Of a stretch of DNA of 40,205 nt, positions 9,981 through 20,700 are shown piece by piece (the stretch's first letter is position 1; each line of letters opens with the position of its first letter). A program made the position numbers and the translations under genes. Origin of the DNA: Sphingomonadales bacterium (GTDB lineage Bacteria > Pseudomonadota > Alphaproteobacteria > Sphingomonadales > Sphingomonadaceae); the NCBI GenBank assembly GCA_031414835.1, contig JANOQL010000148.1, forward strand, positions 1 to 40,205, given 5' to 3'. The notes beneath the pieces were generated by a model. The model was not told where the DNA came from. It did not search any database and saw only the letters and a list, made by a program, of their open reading frames with translations.

Positions 9981-10211
9981 TCAACCTGCGTTGTTGATTT
10001 CCGCTTTCGCTGTTTCAACCAGAGCGTTGTAATCGTCAGAAAATGCTTCGTCGATAATCGCCTCCAATTGTGCCTCGACGTCACAAAACACGCTAAAAAT
10101 CACACCATCCATGACAGCCGGAATTCCAGACTCAATATTTCCAACCCAGTCAAACAGCACCAAGGCCTGAGCTTTAGTAAGCTGGAGCTGAACACCGCGA
10201 ACTTCAGTCAC
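9981..10211 (-). CDS. Putative cognate immunity protein (CdiI-like by position)
   Basis: 76 aa and acidic; its GTG start overlaps the toxin TGA (GTGA); visibly more AT-rich than the flanks. Confidence 0.72.
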   Translation of the reverse strand: MTEVRGVQLQLTKAQALVLFDWVGNIESGIPAVMDGVIFSVFCDVEAQLEAIIDEAFSDDYNALVETAKAEINNAG

Positions 10212-13200
10212 AAGGCCCGCCGTGTTTGGACATTCTGCAATTGCGCTGGGTTAAGGCGGAAGCCGGTAATGAACTGGCCTGATGGACGGACAATGACATT
10301 CAACCCCGTGCTTGGATCGAGATAGTGGACAACTGGCTGCCCACGATAGGTTCCCTCAATCCTCACCGTACCGGGTGCGGACACGTGCTGGCTGATCGCC
10401 TGACCAAATGCTTGCGCGTTCGCAGGATTATAATTTCCATTGATCCCGAAATCTTCCGCGTGTTTAAACTTTCGCTGCAATTGAGATGAGTCGACTGCAA
10501 AATCCCCGCAGTTATTATGCACCCAGACTGGTTCGGACTTCGCATTGCCCGTTACGAAGTAAGTGTGAAAGCCGCTGACCTTCAGATTATAGGCGGTGAG
10601 AGGCTCGGGCGTTGACGAAACTGCTGCGACCACGGCCCAGCTGCCGTCATCGTTGAGCAGGCGATATCCGGGCTTGAGATTTGACGCATCGACCCAGGCA
10701 CCGCGCGCGATGTTGCCGTTGTAAACATGGCCTTCGGACGAAGGTGGTGCGGCCGCGCCTTCCGGCAATTGCACGAAAATCGGGTGGATCGCATTTGAAA
10801 CCAGCGTTTGCTGGTTGCCGCTTTCGGCGTCGCGAATCGCGATCCTGACGGTGACTTTGTAAGGGTTCGAATATTGCGCCTCGACGAGGCGATAGCCCAT
10901 CTCACCTGTCTGCTGATCGCGTGCCCAGACCTTGTCGGTGCCTGCCTTGATGTCCTTGATCGGTGTAAGGCCCAGCATCGTGCGCACGAACATGTCACCT
11001 GAGAACGAACAGGTGCCGCCGCGCTGCCGCTCGGAGCGACGGGGTGCTCGCGTCAGCGATCCACCACCGCGGCGCATTACTGCCGAAACGCCAGGGATCG
11101 CAGATACGACGAGCCCGGTGCCGGTTGTTGCGTCATGTGATTGGTAGGTGTTGTCGCGGTTCGCGTTTTCTGTGCCGACTGTATTGAATGCGCGCGCTTG
11201 AAACAGGCTGTCGATACCGACATTCAGACTGGTCGAAACGTTGCCAATAAATTGCTGCACCGTGGTTGGAAGAATCCGCGACTGCACGGCGCCGATGCCT
11301 TCGCTAACGACGTATCCCAGTCCTCCTCCACTCGATAGCACACCGATCGTGCCGTCGATGACTGCACGTCGCAATGGCGAACCATTGTTATAATATTCGC
11401 CAATCGAGCCAACGGCCGCGTGCGCAAGGCTTGGCCGATTGTCGCCGCTCCCATTGCGATAGCCAGTTACGATGATGTCTGCGACAGCGGTTTCGGTATC
11501 GGTTTGCGGTGCAGCGCCCGATGAGGGTGGGGGCGGAGCAACCGGCGCGAACGTGGACTGATCCGGCGCGCGAAAGGCCACTGGCCGTTCATTGCGCCGA
11601 CGATCTTCATATTGAACCGTAACAGTCTGACGCAACACGAATTGATAATCCTCCGATTGCACTTCTTGGCGAGCAACAGCAGGATCCCAATTCTGGGCAA
11701 CGAGCACGGCTATCGCATCTTCGGATATCCGAGGCAGCTCAGAAGCGATGAACGTATCGCGATCAATAAATGTCGCGCCGAGCTGATTAAAAAGCTTCTC
11801 AACCGCCGAGTCATTGCGGGAGTCCGGACTGCCCACGATCGAGTCCCAGTTTTGAACCTCGCCAATCGCGTCTTGGATTAGGCCGAGCGGGCGGGTGCGC
11901 AGCGCCGTGACACCGGTCATGATGGTGCTGCGATACAGGCCATTCCTCCGCCCATTGGCGATATCTGTCACCAGATTGTAAACCTCGGTCGCCGCCGCGA
12001 CGTCGACATAGATCCCGAAGCCGACCGCGCTGTCCTTGGTCACGACCTGGCTGCGGGTGATGTCGCGATTGACGTCCGGTGCGCCGCTGTAAACGGTCAG
12101 TTCGCCAGCCCCGACCGTCGCACGGGTGTTCTGCGCGAATGCGGTGCTGGCGTAATAGGCGTCGATCACGGGCCAGTTGGCCCCTGACGCGCCATCATCG
12201 AAGACATTGTTGAAATCGATCGACGCGCCAAAGCCGTAATCGATGCTGTTTGCGGCATCACCGATATCGGATACCGAAAGGCTGCCGGTGCGCACGATCA
12301 AACGGCCCGTGTCTACGCGGTTGCCGTCAATCGCTGCGATGACGCCGCCGACCAGCCGGATGTCACCTGCGACATTGGCAAAGAGTGCGCCGTTCTTCGC
12401 TGTCAGCGCGCTTTGTTCGAAAACGCGGCCCGAACTGCCGAGCGCATAATCGTAATTGACGCCTGCGCTGAATCCCGAGCCTACTCCTGCGCCGTAGCTC
12501 AGGCCGAGGTTGAAGCCGTAACCGGTGCTGTACCGGTTCGACGTATCTTGCAGGCTTTCGATCAGCAGCGTGCGACCGACGCTGGCGTTGAGGTCCAGCC
12601 CCTGGACCACAGCACCGCGCAAGGTCGCATCGCGGCCCGCAGTGAGCGAAAGCAGACCGCCAGCAACGATCTGGCTGTTGAACTGCGATGTTTGGCTGGC
12701 ATAGCCTGAAGATGCGCTCATCCCGAAGTTGACAAACAGGCTGGCATTGACGCCGCCGACGACTCCGACCCCCAAAGTCCCGCCGAAGCCGAAACTGGTG
12801 CTCGACGCGCTGTCCTGCGTCGCCAGCTGGTTTTGCGCCGAGATGAAATTCGCGTCCTGTTGCGCAACGATGGTCAGATCGTTGAGCGCCGTTACCGTCG
12901 ATCCGGCCACGTTCACATTGTTCGCGCGGATGTCGATACTGCCGCCTGCAATATTCGAATCGACGACGCCGATTTCCTGCGCGGCGTTGGTGCGTTTAAC
13001 AGAAGAGAAGCCGATCGACAGCGTGACGCCTGCAGTATTGGTGAGTGCATTGGTGACTGCTGCGACAGTGCGCAGCGTTTCGGATGCCGCCGTAATCGCG
13101 GTGCCCGCCGAACCGCTCGAGGCCGCATCGATCCGGCCCGGCAACCCTGAGATCGCATTGGCGGCGGCGCTGACATTCTCGTAAAAGCTGAGCGACAGGC

Positions 13201-15631
13201 CGAAGCTCGACTGCTGGAAAATGCTGGTGCTGTTGGCCGAATCAAAATTATTCTGAATATAAATATCGTCGCCGCTCAGGCTGATGAGGCCCGGGGCAGT
13301 AATCTCGCTGCCCTTGATCGCGAGTGCACCCGACGGCGTGGTCGCTGCCGTGCGCAGGCCAAGCACGCCTGCACTGAGGCTGACATCGCCGCGCGCCGAT
13401 CCGATCATGCTGCCCGCATTCGAAACGATGTCGAGCGTGGTGATCTGGCTGCTTTTCGATACGCCGAGAAAAAATCCATCGCCGCCAATGCTGAGACCGC
13501 TCTTCTTGATCCTCAGGCTATTATAGAAGCTGCTCGAAGCGGGCAGGCTGCCGATGATGATCGATCCGCCCGCGAGGATATCAGTCGACAGTTCAGACGC
13601 GATGTTGCTGTCGAGGATGTTGACGTCGCCATGGCTGGCGAGCGTGACTGAATCGCCGATGATCGTGCTTGCGAAGATCGTCTCGATATCGTTCGAGGCC
13701 ATCGCTGTCGTTGTGCGCTTTGAAAGGAAACCGCGCTTCACGGTGCGGATGGTTTCGTCGAAGCTCGACGAATTGAGGCTGCCCTGCACCAGTATGTTCT
13801 GGCCGGTCATCAGGACGTCGCCGATCGCCGAAATGTCCGATCCCGAAATCGCTATCGTGCCTGCCCCGGCGCCGAAACGAATATCCTCGTTCGACGCTAG
13901 GCTCGATCCATTGATTTCGAGTTCCTCGGCCGCATTGACAAACAACGCCCCGTTCGCGCTGATTGCGCTGCCATCGAAAATGCTGATGCTTTCGACCGAA
14001 CTGCCCGTCACACGCTTGCTGGTTTTCCACGTCTGTGTCGTGGTCGTGGTCGATGCGATGCCCGTCACCACAACGTCACGGCCAGCCTCCAGCGAAGCGA
14101 TGCCTTCGACATTGATGATCGCTGCCTCGACGCTGAGATCGCGCCCGGCGCTTGCAAAGAAATTGCCGACCGCGTCCACTTCGGCACCGGTGACGGCAAG
14201 GCTCGAGGAGATGCGGTTGTTGTAATTGCCGCCGCCGAGATTGGTGTAAGTGTATGAGCCAGTTGGCTGGGTTCGCGCGATGAAGCTCAGATCACGGCCC
14301 GCGTCGAGCGCGATGTCTCCGCCGAACAATGTGCTGCCGCCGCCGATCAGAATGTCGTTCCCGGCGCTGGCCTGGATCGTCGATCCGATGATCGAGCCGC
14401 GGCGGTCATGCACGATATCGCCACCTGCGGTCAGGCCGACCATCCATCCCGCTTCGATCGACCCAGTGACGAGCGCCACCGGGTTATAGACTGGTGGCGG
14501 GCTGTAGCCGTCCTGAACAACCTGTTCAGGCGTATAATAAGGCGGACCCCAAGGGTTTTGCGGATTGTTCGCGAGCCAGTCGGCGTATTCCTGCTGGTAG
14601 GCCGCCTCGTATTCGTTCACCTCGGCCTGATTGTCCGACAGCGCGATGCTGCTTCCGGCCCGGACGAATGCGCTGCCGCCAGCCGCAACGCCGCCCTCGA
14701 TCGCGACCGAGGCATCGCGTGAGGCGATGACGATATCGCGTTCGGCGATGACGTCGCGCACGCTGATCGCTCCATCGGAAACGATTGCGATCGATCCCTG
14801 ATCTGCGCTCACGATGCCGCGCAGATTGATACCGACGCCCGCACCTGTTCCAATCAGGCGGATGCGATTGGCATACATACCACCCAGTGCGCTCGAATCG
14901 ATAACGATGCCCGACGCCCCGCCGAGATTATTATGGGTGCGGTTGGCATAGCCGAAATCGGCATTGCCGCCTGCGACATAGAGATCGCGCGCCACCAGAT
15001 CGGCGTTGATGAGCGCGCTTTGCGAAACGATATCGAAATAATCGACATCGCCTGCGAACAGCCCTGCACCTTCAACGCTGACCGAACCGCCGGTCACCTG
15101 CAAACCCGCAAACGCACCGTTGCCGTCGAACGTCGGACGACCGGTCGATAGCGTCGCGCGCGAAACGTTGATGAACCCGCAGCCGTTGCACGTTATCCCT
15201 GCCGGATTGGCGATGATGAGCCCGGCGCGTGTGCCGAACACCTCAAGCGGCCCCTGCAAATCGGATCGCGTTCCGCTCGTGACTTCGTTGAGGATGAGCC
15301 GCGCCGCGCCGCCTGCCTGAACATTCGGGTTGGCAAGCACCATGCCACCGATCGCCGAAGTTCCGATATCGGCGCTATTATTGAAGATCACGCCTTCGCG
15401 CCCAGCATCGAGCCGCGAATAGACGTTGTATGATGTGCCATCGGCGCGCGGTGCAGCGATATTGATGACAGGAACGCCGCTCATCGTCACGTCGAGCCCG
15501 GTTTCGGGACTGATCACTTCGACCGGTGAGGACGTCACCACCTGCGCATGCGCGATGCCGAAACTTGTGCTCGATATGCCCAGCACGAAGGCGATCCTTA
15601 CCGCCAACCGGGTCTTGTGCGACCTGTTCAT
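10208..15631 (-). CDS. TpsA/CdiA-like filamentous-hemagglutinin exoprotein with HINT domain and colicin D-like C-terminal toxin
   Basis: Signal peptide; TPS motif ANPAGITCNGCGFIN; FHA-type repeats; HINT domain CSFSG...YNLKV..FHTYFV...VWVHN (~11011-10514); C-terminus QLQRKFKHAEDFGI...GTYRG...SGQFITGFRLNP resembles the colicin D tRNase domain. Confidence 0.9.
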   Translation of the reverse strand: MNRSHKTRLAVRIAFVLGISSTSFGIAHAQVVTSSPVEVISPETGLDVTMSGVPVINIAAPRADGTSYNVYSRLDAGREGVIFNNSADIGTSAIGGMVLANPNVQAGGAARLILNEVTSGTRSDLQGPLEVFGTRAGLIIANPAGITCNGCGFINVSRATLSTGRPTFDGNGAFAGLQVTGGSVSVEGAGLFAGDVDYFDIVSQSALINADLVARDLYVAGGNADFGYANRTHNNLGGASGIVIDSSALGGMYANRIRLIGTGAGVGINLRGIVSADQGSIAIVSDGAISVRDVIAERDIVIASRDASVAIEGGVAAGGSAFVRAGSSIALSDNQAEVNEYEAAYQQEYADWLANNPQNPWGPPYYTPEQVVQDGYSPPPVYNPVALVTGSIEAGWMVGLTAGGDIVHDRRGSIIGSTIQASAGNDILIGGGSTLFGGDIALDAGRDLSFIARTQPTGSYTYTNLGGGNYNNRISSSLAVTGAEVDAVGNFFASAGRDLSVEAAIINVEGIASLEAGRDVVVTGIASTTTTTQTWKTSKRVTGSSVESISIFDGSAISANGALFVNAAEELEINGSSLASNEDIRFGAGAGTIAISGSDISAIGDVLMTGQNILVQGSLNSSSFDETIRTVKRGFLSKRTTTAMASNDIETIFASTIIGDSVTLASHGDVNILDSNIASELSTDILAGGSIIIGSLPASSSFYNSLRIKKSGLSIGGDGFFLGVSKSSQITTLDIVSNAGSMIGSARGDVSLSAGVLGLRTAATTPSGALAIKGSEITAPGLISLSGDDIYIQNNFDSANSTSIFQQSSFGLSLSFYENVSAAANAISGLPGRIDAASSGSAGTAITAASETLRTVAAVTNALTNTAGVTLSIGFSSVKRTNAAQEIGVVDSNIAGGSIDIRANNVNVAGSTVTALNDLTIVAQQDANFISAQNQLATQDSASSTSFGFGGTLGVGVVGGVNASLFVNFGMSASSGYASQTSQFNSQIVAGGLLSLTAGRDATLRGAVVQGLDLNASVGRTLLIESLQDTSNRYSTGYGFNLGLSYGAGVGSGFSAGVNYDYALGSSGRVFEQSALTAKNGALFANVAGDIRLVGGVIAAIDGNRVDTGRLIVRTGSLSVSDIGDAANSIDYGFGASIDFNNVFDDGASGANWPVIDAYYASTAFAQNTRATVGAGELTVYSGAPDVNRDITRSQVVTKDSAVGFGIYVDVAAATEVYNLVTDIANGRRNGLYRSTIMTGVTALRTRPLGLIQDAIGEVQNWDSIVGSPDSRNDSAVEKLFNQLGATFIDRDTFIASELPRISEDAIAVLVAQNWDPAVARQEVQSEDYQFVLRQTVTVQYEDRRRNERPVAFRAPDQSTFAPVAPPPPSSGAAPQTDTETAVADIIVTGYRNGSGDNRPSLAHAAVGSIGEYYNNGSPLRRAVIDGTIGVLSSGGGLGYVVSEGIGAVQSRILPTTVQQFIGNVSTSLNVGIDSLFQARAFNTVGTENANRDNTYQSHDATTGTGLVVSAIPGVSAVMRRGGGSLTRAPRRSERQRGGTCSFSGDMFVRTMLGLTPIKDIKAGTDKVWARDQQTGEMGYRLVEAQYSNPYKVTVRIAIRDAESGNQQTLVSNAIHPIFVQLPEGAAAPPSSEGHVYNGNIARGAWVDASNLKPGYRLLNDDGSWAVVAAVSSTPEPLTAYNLKVSGFHTYFVTGNAKSEPVWVHNNCGDFAVDSSQLQRKFKHAEDFGINGNYNPANAQAFGQAISQHVSAPGTVRIEGTYRGQPVVHYLDPSTGLNVIVRPSGQFITGFRLNPAQLQNVQTRRAL

Positions 15632-15644
15632 CGATGCGCCCTTT

Positions 15645-17360
15645 TCAAATCGTTATTCGAGCCGATACTGCGAATTCGATTCTTTTTCTTTGAACAGTTA
15701 TAGGTGCCGACAAAGGCGCGGCAACCGATATTTCGCCAAGCAAACGACGATTTTGCAGCCGCAGACCTGCGGTAGCCGAGTGCAGGAAACCGCGTTCGAA
15801 CCGGTCGCCCTGCCTTGGCGCGATCCCACCCTGATCATACGCCGCAAACATGGATATCTGGGTCGCGCGCCCGGTGCTGCGCTCGGTGAAAGTACGGAGC
15901 AAGTCGATGGTCACCTGCTGCCGCAAGACATAGCCGGTTCGCCCGCTGATGCCATCGTCTCGAAAGCCGCGCACGGTCGAACTGCCGCCGATGCTGAGCC
16001 GATCGACCGGCAGAACGGTGTTCAGGCCCACCTGTCCTCGCAGGCTGGCCAGATACCGCGCGCGCGCGCCGAACACATCGAACCCGGCCTGATAGCTCAG
16101 GTTGGCAGTGATCCGCGATGCGCGGACGCCGTCCGATCCGGGGCCGGTATCGGCGGCATTTGCGCCAAGAACATCGAAGCCTTGCGAAAATGCGAGTTCT
16201 CCAAACAGCAGATCATTGCCAATCCGGCGCTGCACTCGAAGCCCAAGCTCTGCCGATATCACCCTGTAGCTGTTGGTCGATAACCGGATCGACTGTATGC
16301 GGCTGACGGTGTTGTAGATCGAAACCGTGGCTGCAATCGAAACCTTGGTATTGCGGTCGCGATGGATGAGGTTTGTCAGCCCTGCTGACCCGCTGATGCT
16401 CGCATTGCTGTTGAGGAATGCAAGATCCGCGTTCCTCAACACACTGCGGGATCGATAGCGGTTCGCAGAGACAATGATCGTCGTCGCGCCATAGGGCAGC
16501 GAGACGAATCCTCCGAACGCCTCGACGCCGCGAACTGGCGCCCGCTCTATATCGGTCAGATAGTAAAGCGACCAGACGTCCGCGATGCCGAGCGGGCTGT
16601 CGATATCGAGAGACGCTGTCGCCAGCCGACGCCCCGTCAATGCGGCACCATCATTGTTGACGCTGATTGCCGGACGGATCCACGAAGCGACGCGCGTCCT
16701 CCGGACCTGGATGATGCTCGCTTCGGGAATCTCGCTTGGCACGATGTCGATGGTGGGGTCAGCGCTTGCCATCCGGGCGAGTTGATCGACACCTTGTTCG
16801 AGATCGCGAAGATTGAGCAGCTTGCCTGTGATGCCCGGAAAGGCGAGATCGCGCTCTGCGGCAGTGTAGCTGCGGCCTTTTGCCGCAACGCTGGTGATCG
16901 TATCGATCCGCCCTTCGACAACGCGGATCGTGAGCACGTCCGGCGCAGACGGCTTTGGTGATACGAAGGCTTGCGAAGTGATATACCCATCGCGGACATA
17001 GGTGTTGGTGATTTTGCGGCGCAGTTCAGTCACCGCCTTTGTCGATATGCAAGGGCCGATCAAATCGGCGGTGTCGGTCAGAAATGTCTGTGGTGCGTAG
17101 CGCGTCATACCGGTAATTTCGACGCGGGCGACAGCGCGACACGGGGCACCATCGGTTACCTCGTCTTCGTCGCTATCGTCGGTCGCGCCCTTGGGCGGTG
17201 CGATTTGCGATTGTTCGAACTGCTGTTCGCTTTCTCGCAGTCGCTCGCGCTCGCGTTCCTGAAACCGCTCAATCTCACGTTGAACGTCACGGATCGTTTC
17301 CTGGGCGTATGCTCCAGACGCAAGACACAGGCTCAACGGTATTGCGACCCATATTCGCAT
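15645..17360 (-). CDS. TpsB transporter (ShlB/FhaC/HecB family, CdiB-like)
   Basis: GGAGG RBS before ATG 17360; signal peptide; POTRA motifs YVRDGYITS and LNLRDLEQGVDQL; loop 6 motif SIGGSSTVRGF; directly upstream of tpsA. Confidence 0.93.
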   Translation of the reverse strand: MRIWVAIPLSLCLASGAYAQETIRDVQREIERFQERERERLRESEQQFEQSQIAPPKGATDDSDEDEVTDGAPCRAVARVEITGMTRYAPQTFLTDTADLIGPCISTKAVTELRRKITNTYVRDGYITSQAFVSPKPSAPDVLTIRVVEGRIDTITSVAAKGRSYTAAERDLAFPGITGKLLNLRDLEQGVDQLARMASADPTIDIVPSEIPEASIIQVRRTRVASWIRPAISVNNDGAALTGRRLATASLDIDSPLGIADVWSLYYLTDIERAPVRGVEAFGGFVSLPYGATTIIVSANRYRSRSVLRNADLAFLNSNASISGSAGLTNLIHRDRNTKVSIAATVSIYNTVSRIQSIRLSTNSYRVISAELGLRVQRRIGNDLLFGELAFSQGFDVLGANAADTGPGSDGVRASRITANLSYQAGFDVFGARARYLASLRGQVGLNTVLPVDRLSIGGSSTVRGFRDDGISGRTGYVLRQQVTIDLLRTFTERSTGRATQISMFAAYDQGGIAPRQGDRFERGFLHSATAGLRLQNRRLLGEISVAAPLSAPITVQRKRIEFAVSARITI

Positions 17361-17703
17361 TGCTGCAACCTCCTCCGCGACGTCTACGGTAATAACGCTG
17401 GTTGAAAATGAGATTCTGGGAATTCGGTGCGGTTCGCAGGATTGAGTGATGCCAGCACACTTCCGACCTTCAGCGCACATTTCGCGGCTTCTAACCTTCG
17501 TCCAGCTTTGATGCCAACCTCAGGGTTCGTATTGATCGATTGCCACTCGTTTCAAGGCAAGCGTCGGGGGATCCGCCAGATAACGTCATAGGAATGGTTT
17601 GAACCGATTGCCGCTTCTGATGGATCGGCATGACGGCCCCAAACCGCCGATTTGTCTAGCGAATTCAGTCGGGACGGAGCGTGATTGGCAATGGATCCAA
17701 CCG

Positions 17704-20700
17704 TCAGATCGCGATGCAATCAGCGTAAATCGTGCGCCATTGCTTCGTCAGCCGGCCATTTTCGTCGGGGTCGCTTTCCACGCCTTCGGTTTCAGTGACC
17801 ATGACGCGCCACTGATCGCTTTGCCCGGGCGTAGCTGGCCCGATGCTGGTGGTCAGCGGCACGACGCCGGTCCATGCCCATTGCCCCCCGGCGCTGACCC
17901 CACCGATGGTCAATTCCTGTTCGTGGACATCTTCCCAATCAAGGTCTGACGTTCGCCCTGCGGGGAGGCGCTGCACGGCTGCGATCATGTGCCGGTCTCG
18001 CGAAATGATCGCTGTCGGGTCTGCGGCACCCAAGGGGAAGGCGGAACCACTCGTGCTACCACCTTGGATATTGGTTCCCGCGGCCCCATTCCGGCCGCTG
18101 TCTCGCAGACCGATTGGGCCTGTTACCGTAAGGCGAACATGGCCATCATCGGGCCGTGATACAGTCAACGTGCGTTCGGGAAGCAGCTGCGCAAAATCGC
18201 ACCGGACAGCCTTTGACAGCGTTTTGCCTGGAATTGAATTGGGCTGGTAACGGGCGACGACGAGCCTGATAAAAGGCCAAACGGCAGCTTCGGGTTCGAT
18301 CGCCACATCGACAAACCACAGCCCGCGCGCTTCATTATATTCGGGCCGATAGCCGATGACAGTCACCAATGACCCGCCTTTGCCTGGTAGCCTGTGGACT
18401 GCTGCGGAAGAAATGCGATCTTCACTGCCGCGATCGCCGTCGATGCCGAGCGTGCCCGCGTAGAAATCCTCAAGCGCCATGCCGACGATCTGGTTCTTGG
18501 GCCCGGCATTGAGCCAGACCGGATCACCACCCCACAGGCTGGCGCTTTCGGGATCGGGTGGGTCGAGTGCCGTCAGCAGCACGCCCAACTGCTCATCATC
18601 GCCGGTGCGATGCCATGGCCGCTTCAGATAGATGCGCAGGCCGCTGCGCCGCCGCCGCCGCACGCCGAAGGGCTGCCCGGGATCGCCTTCTTCATCCCAG
18701 CGGAACAGCGGGATGATCGAATCGATTTCAGGCACTGGCGGCTGCGCGGTGTTGAGGATCGAGATTTCAGTGTCGTCGCCGATCAGCGACTGGCTGTCTG
18801 GCGTCGATAGCAGGCCGACAGGGAAATACTCCCTGAACCGCGTTGTGCCGCGGAACGCATACCGGACGCGGCGGTGTTTGGTATCGCCAAACTCATGTCG
18901 CGCGCGGTGGACTCGAATCTCACCAACGCCGGGGAACGCGATCATATCTTCGGGTTTTTCATCGGTCATTCCGGGTGTTTCACCGAACACCACAAGATCT
19001 TCGAACGGGTCTAGCTGCGTAGTGAAGGCAACGGCATGACGATCTTCGCGCACGGGTCCGGGTGCTGCAATATCATCGGTCCATTCGGACCATTTTGCCT
19101 CTGCATCGATCCGGTCGGTGCTGGCGGCGTGGCAATTAATGGCACCAGCGAATCCGGCGAAAGTGCTGTTTTCCGAGCGGAATGGAAAGAGCTTGGTGAT
19201 CAGCGGAGGCAGCACGGGCCGAGGCACTGCATGGACCAGGCTGATCCGTTCAAACGGGGTCAGCCCCCATAATTGGCCATCCGCCGCTGGGCGTTCGAGC
19301 AAATCAAGATCGCGCAACGCGTTGGGGAACAGCATCCACAGCGCCAGTAAATCCAAGTCTTCACGCCGCAACGATGAAGAAAGCCGCATATCGAGCCGCG
19401 TTCCAGGCGGAAGACCAATCGTAATCACGCCATCTGCAATCGTTGCAGTCGGGCTATCTGCGCTTTCGAGAATGAGGCGGAACGGAGCAGGGGCAGGCCA
19501 CTCGCCTTCATAACGCGCGGCTGTGCTTTCGGTGCGGAAGAGGCCGATTAAGGGACTGCCGATATTGGCACCAGACATGCCCATTGCGACACCAACCGCC
19601 AGCGGATCGGGCAGATAGGGCAGGGCCAAGCGATCGGTATCGTGCATCACATAATGCCCGGCAGGGATCACGTCGCCGCGATTGGCACCTTCGAACAGCG
19701 TCAAATCGGTGACGGGTGTTATGATTTCGGGCCCGGCCTGAAGCGATACACCGGGTTGTGGAACCGTGAGCGCAGGATCATCGAGCGACACGATCTCGCG
19801 GTCATACAATGTGCCATCATCGCGCAGGGCCGCTGCCAGCAACGTGCGCTGTTGCGCAGGATCATCAATCGCGACATCGAATTTGCCGTGAAGTTCATTG
19901 AGATGCTGCGAGCCTTTTGGGGCCGCCAAATGCCGTTCGGATGTTGCGCGCCAATCGGTCGCCAGCACCGAGTCAATGGCCGAAACAGACGCGATGTAAT
20001 CTTGCGGCGTTTCAATCGCCGCATCTTCATCAACGCCGCTGCGGATGACCATATGATGCACCGATTCTGCCGGGCTGTAACGATGGCGCGGAACGACGAC
20101 GGGCGGGGGCACCGGATCCCAGCGGCGGAATGGGATCGTCGGGGTCACCGTTTCGCTGGGAAGTCCTATGATCTCATCAAGTCTGTCGAGCGCCAAAGCC
20201 TCGGGCCGGATCGCTCTGGCGGTGTCGAGCTGAATATCGCTGATGCTGGCGCGCATCCGATCGGTTAGCGTCGCTGCGGAATCGATCGCGGCGACGCTGG
20301 CTACCCGCGCAGACAGGCGGGTGGAAACGATCTGGTCAATCTCGTCGCTTCCCGTGAAGCGGGCAATGGCCGCGCGCGCGGGCTGCAGTTTGAAATCGGT
20401 CAGGCGCGTCACCGGAGATGTGAACGCATCGCCACGCGGCAATATCTGCCGCAGCAACGGCTCGACGCCTGGCAAATCGGATGACAAGGCCCGAACGGGT
20501 CTGACGATGGCCGCTATAGGCGCAATTGGCGCCGCATCCGTTGGTGCCGGCGAGGGCGGAACGTTCCCGCCATGAGAATTGCCTGCCAGATCGACACCCC
20601 ACGCCCGGAACGCATAACTGCGGCCGTAACGCAGCCGGGGCAGCGTGCCCGGCATCACGCGCGTGGTGACGGTGACAGCGCTCAACGCGGCTTCCTGCGC

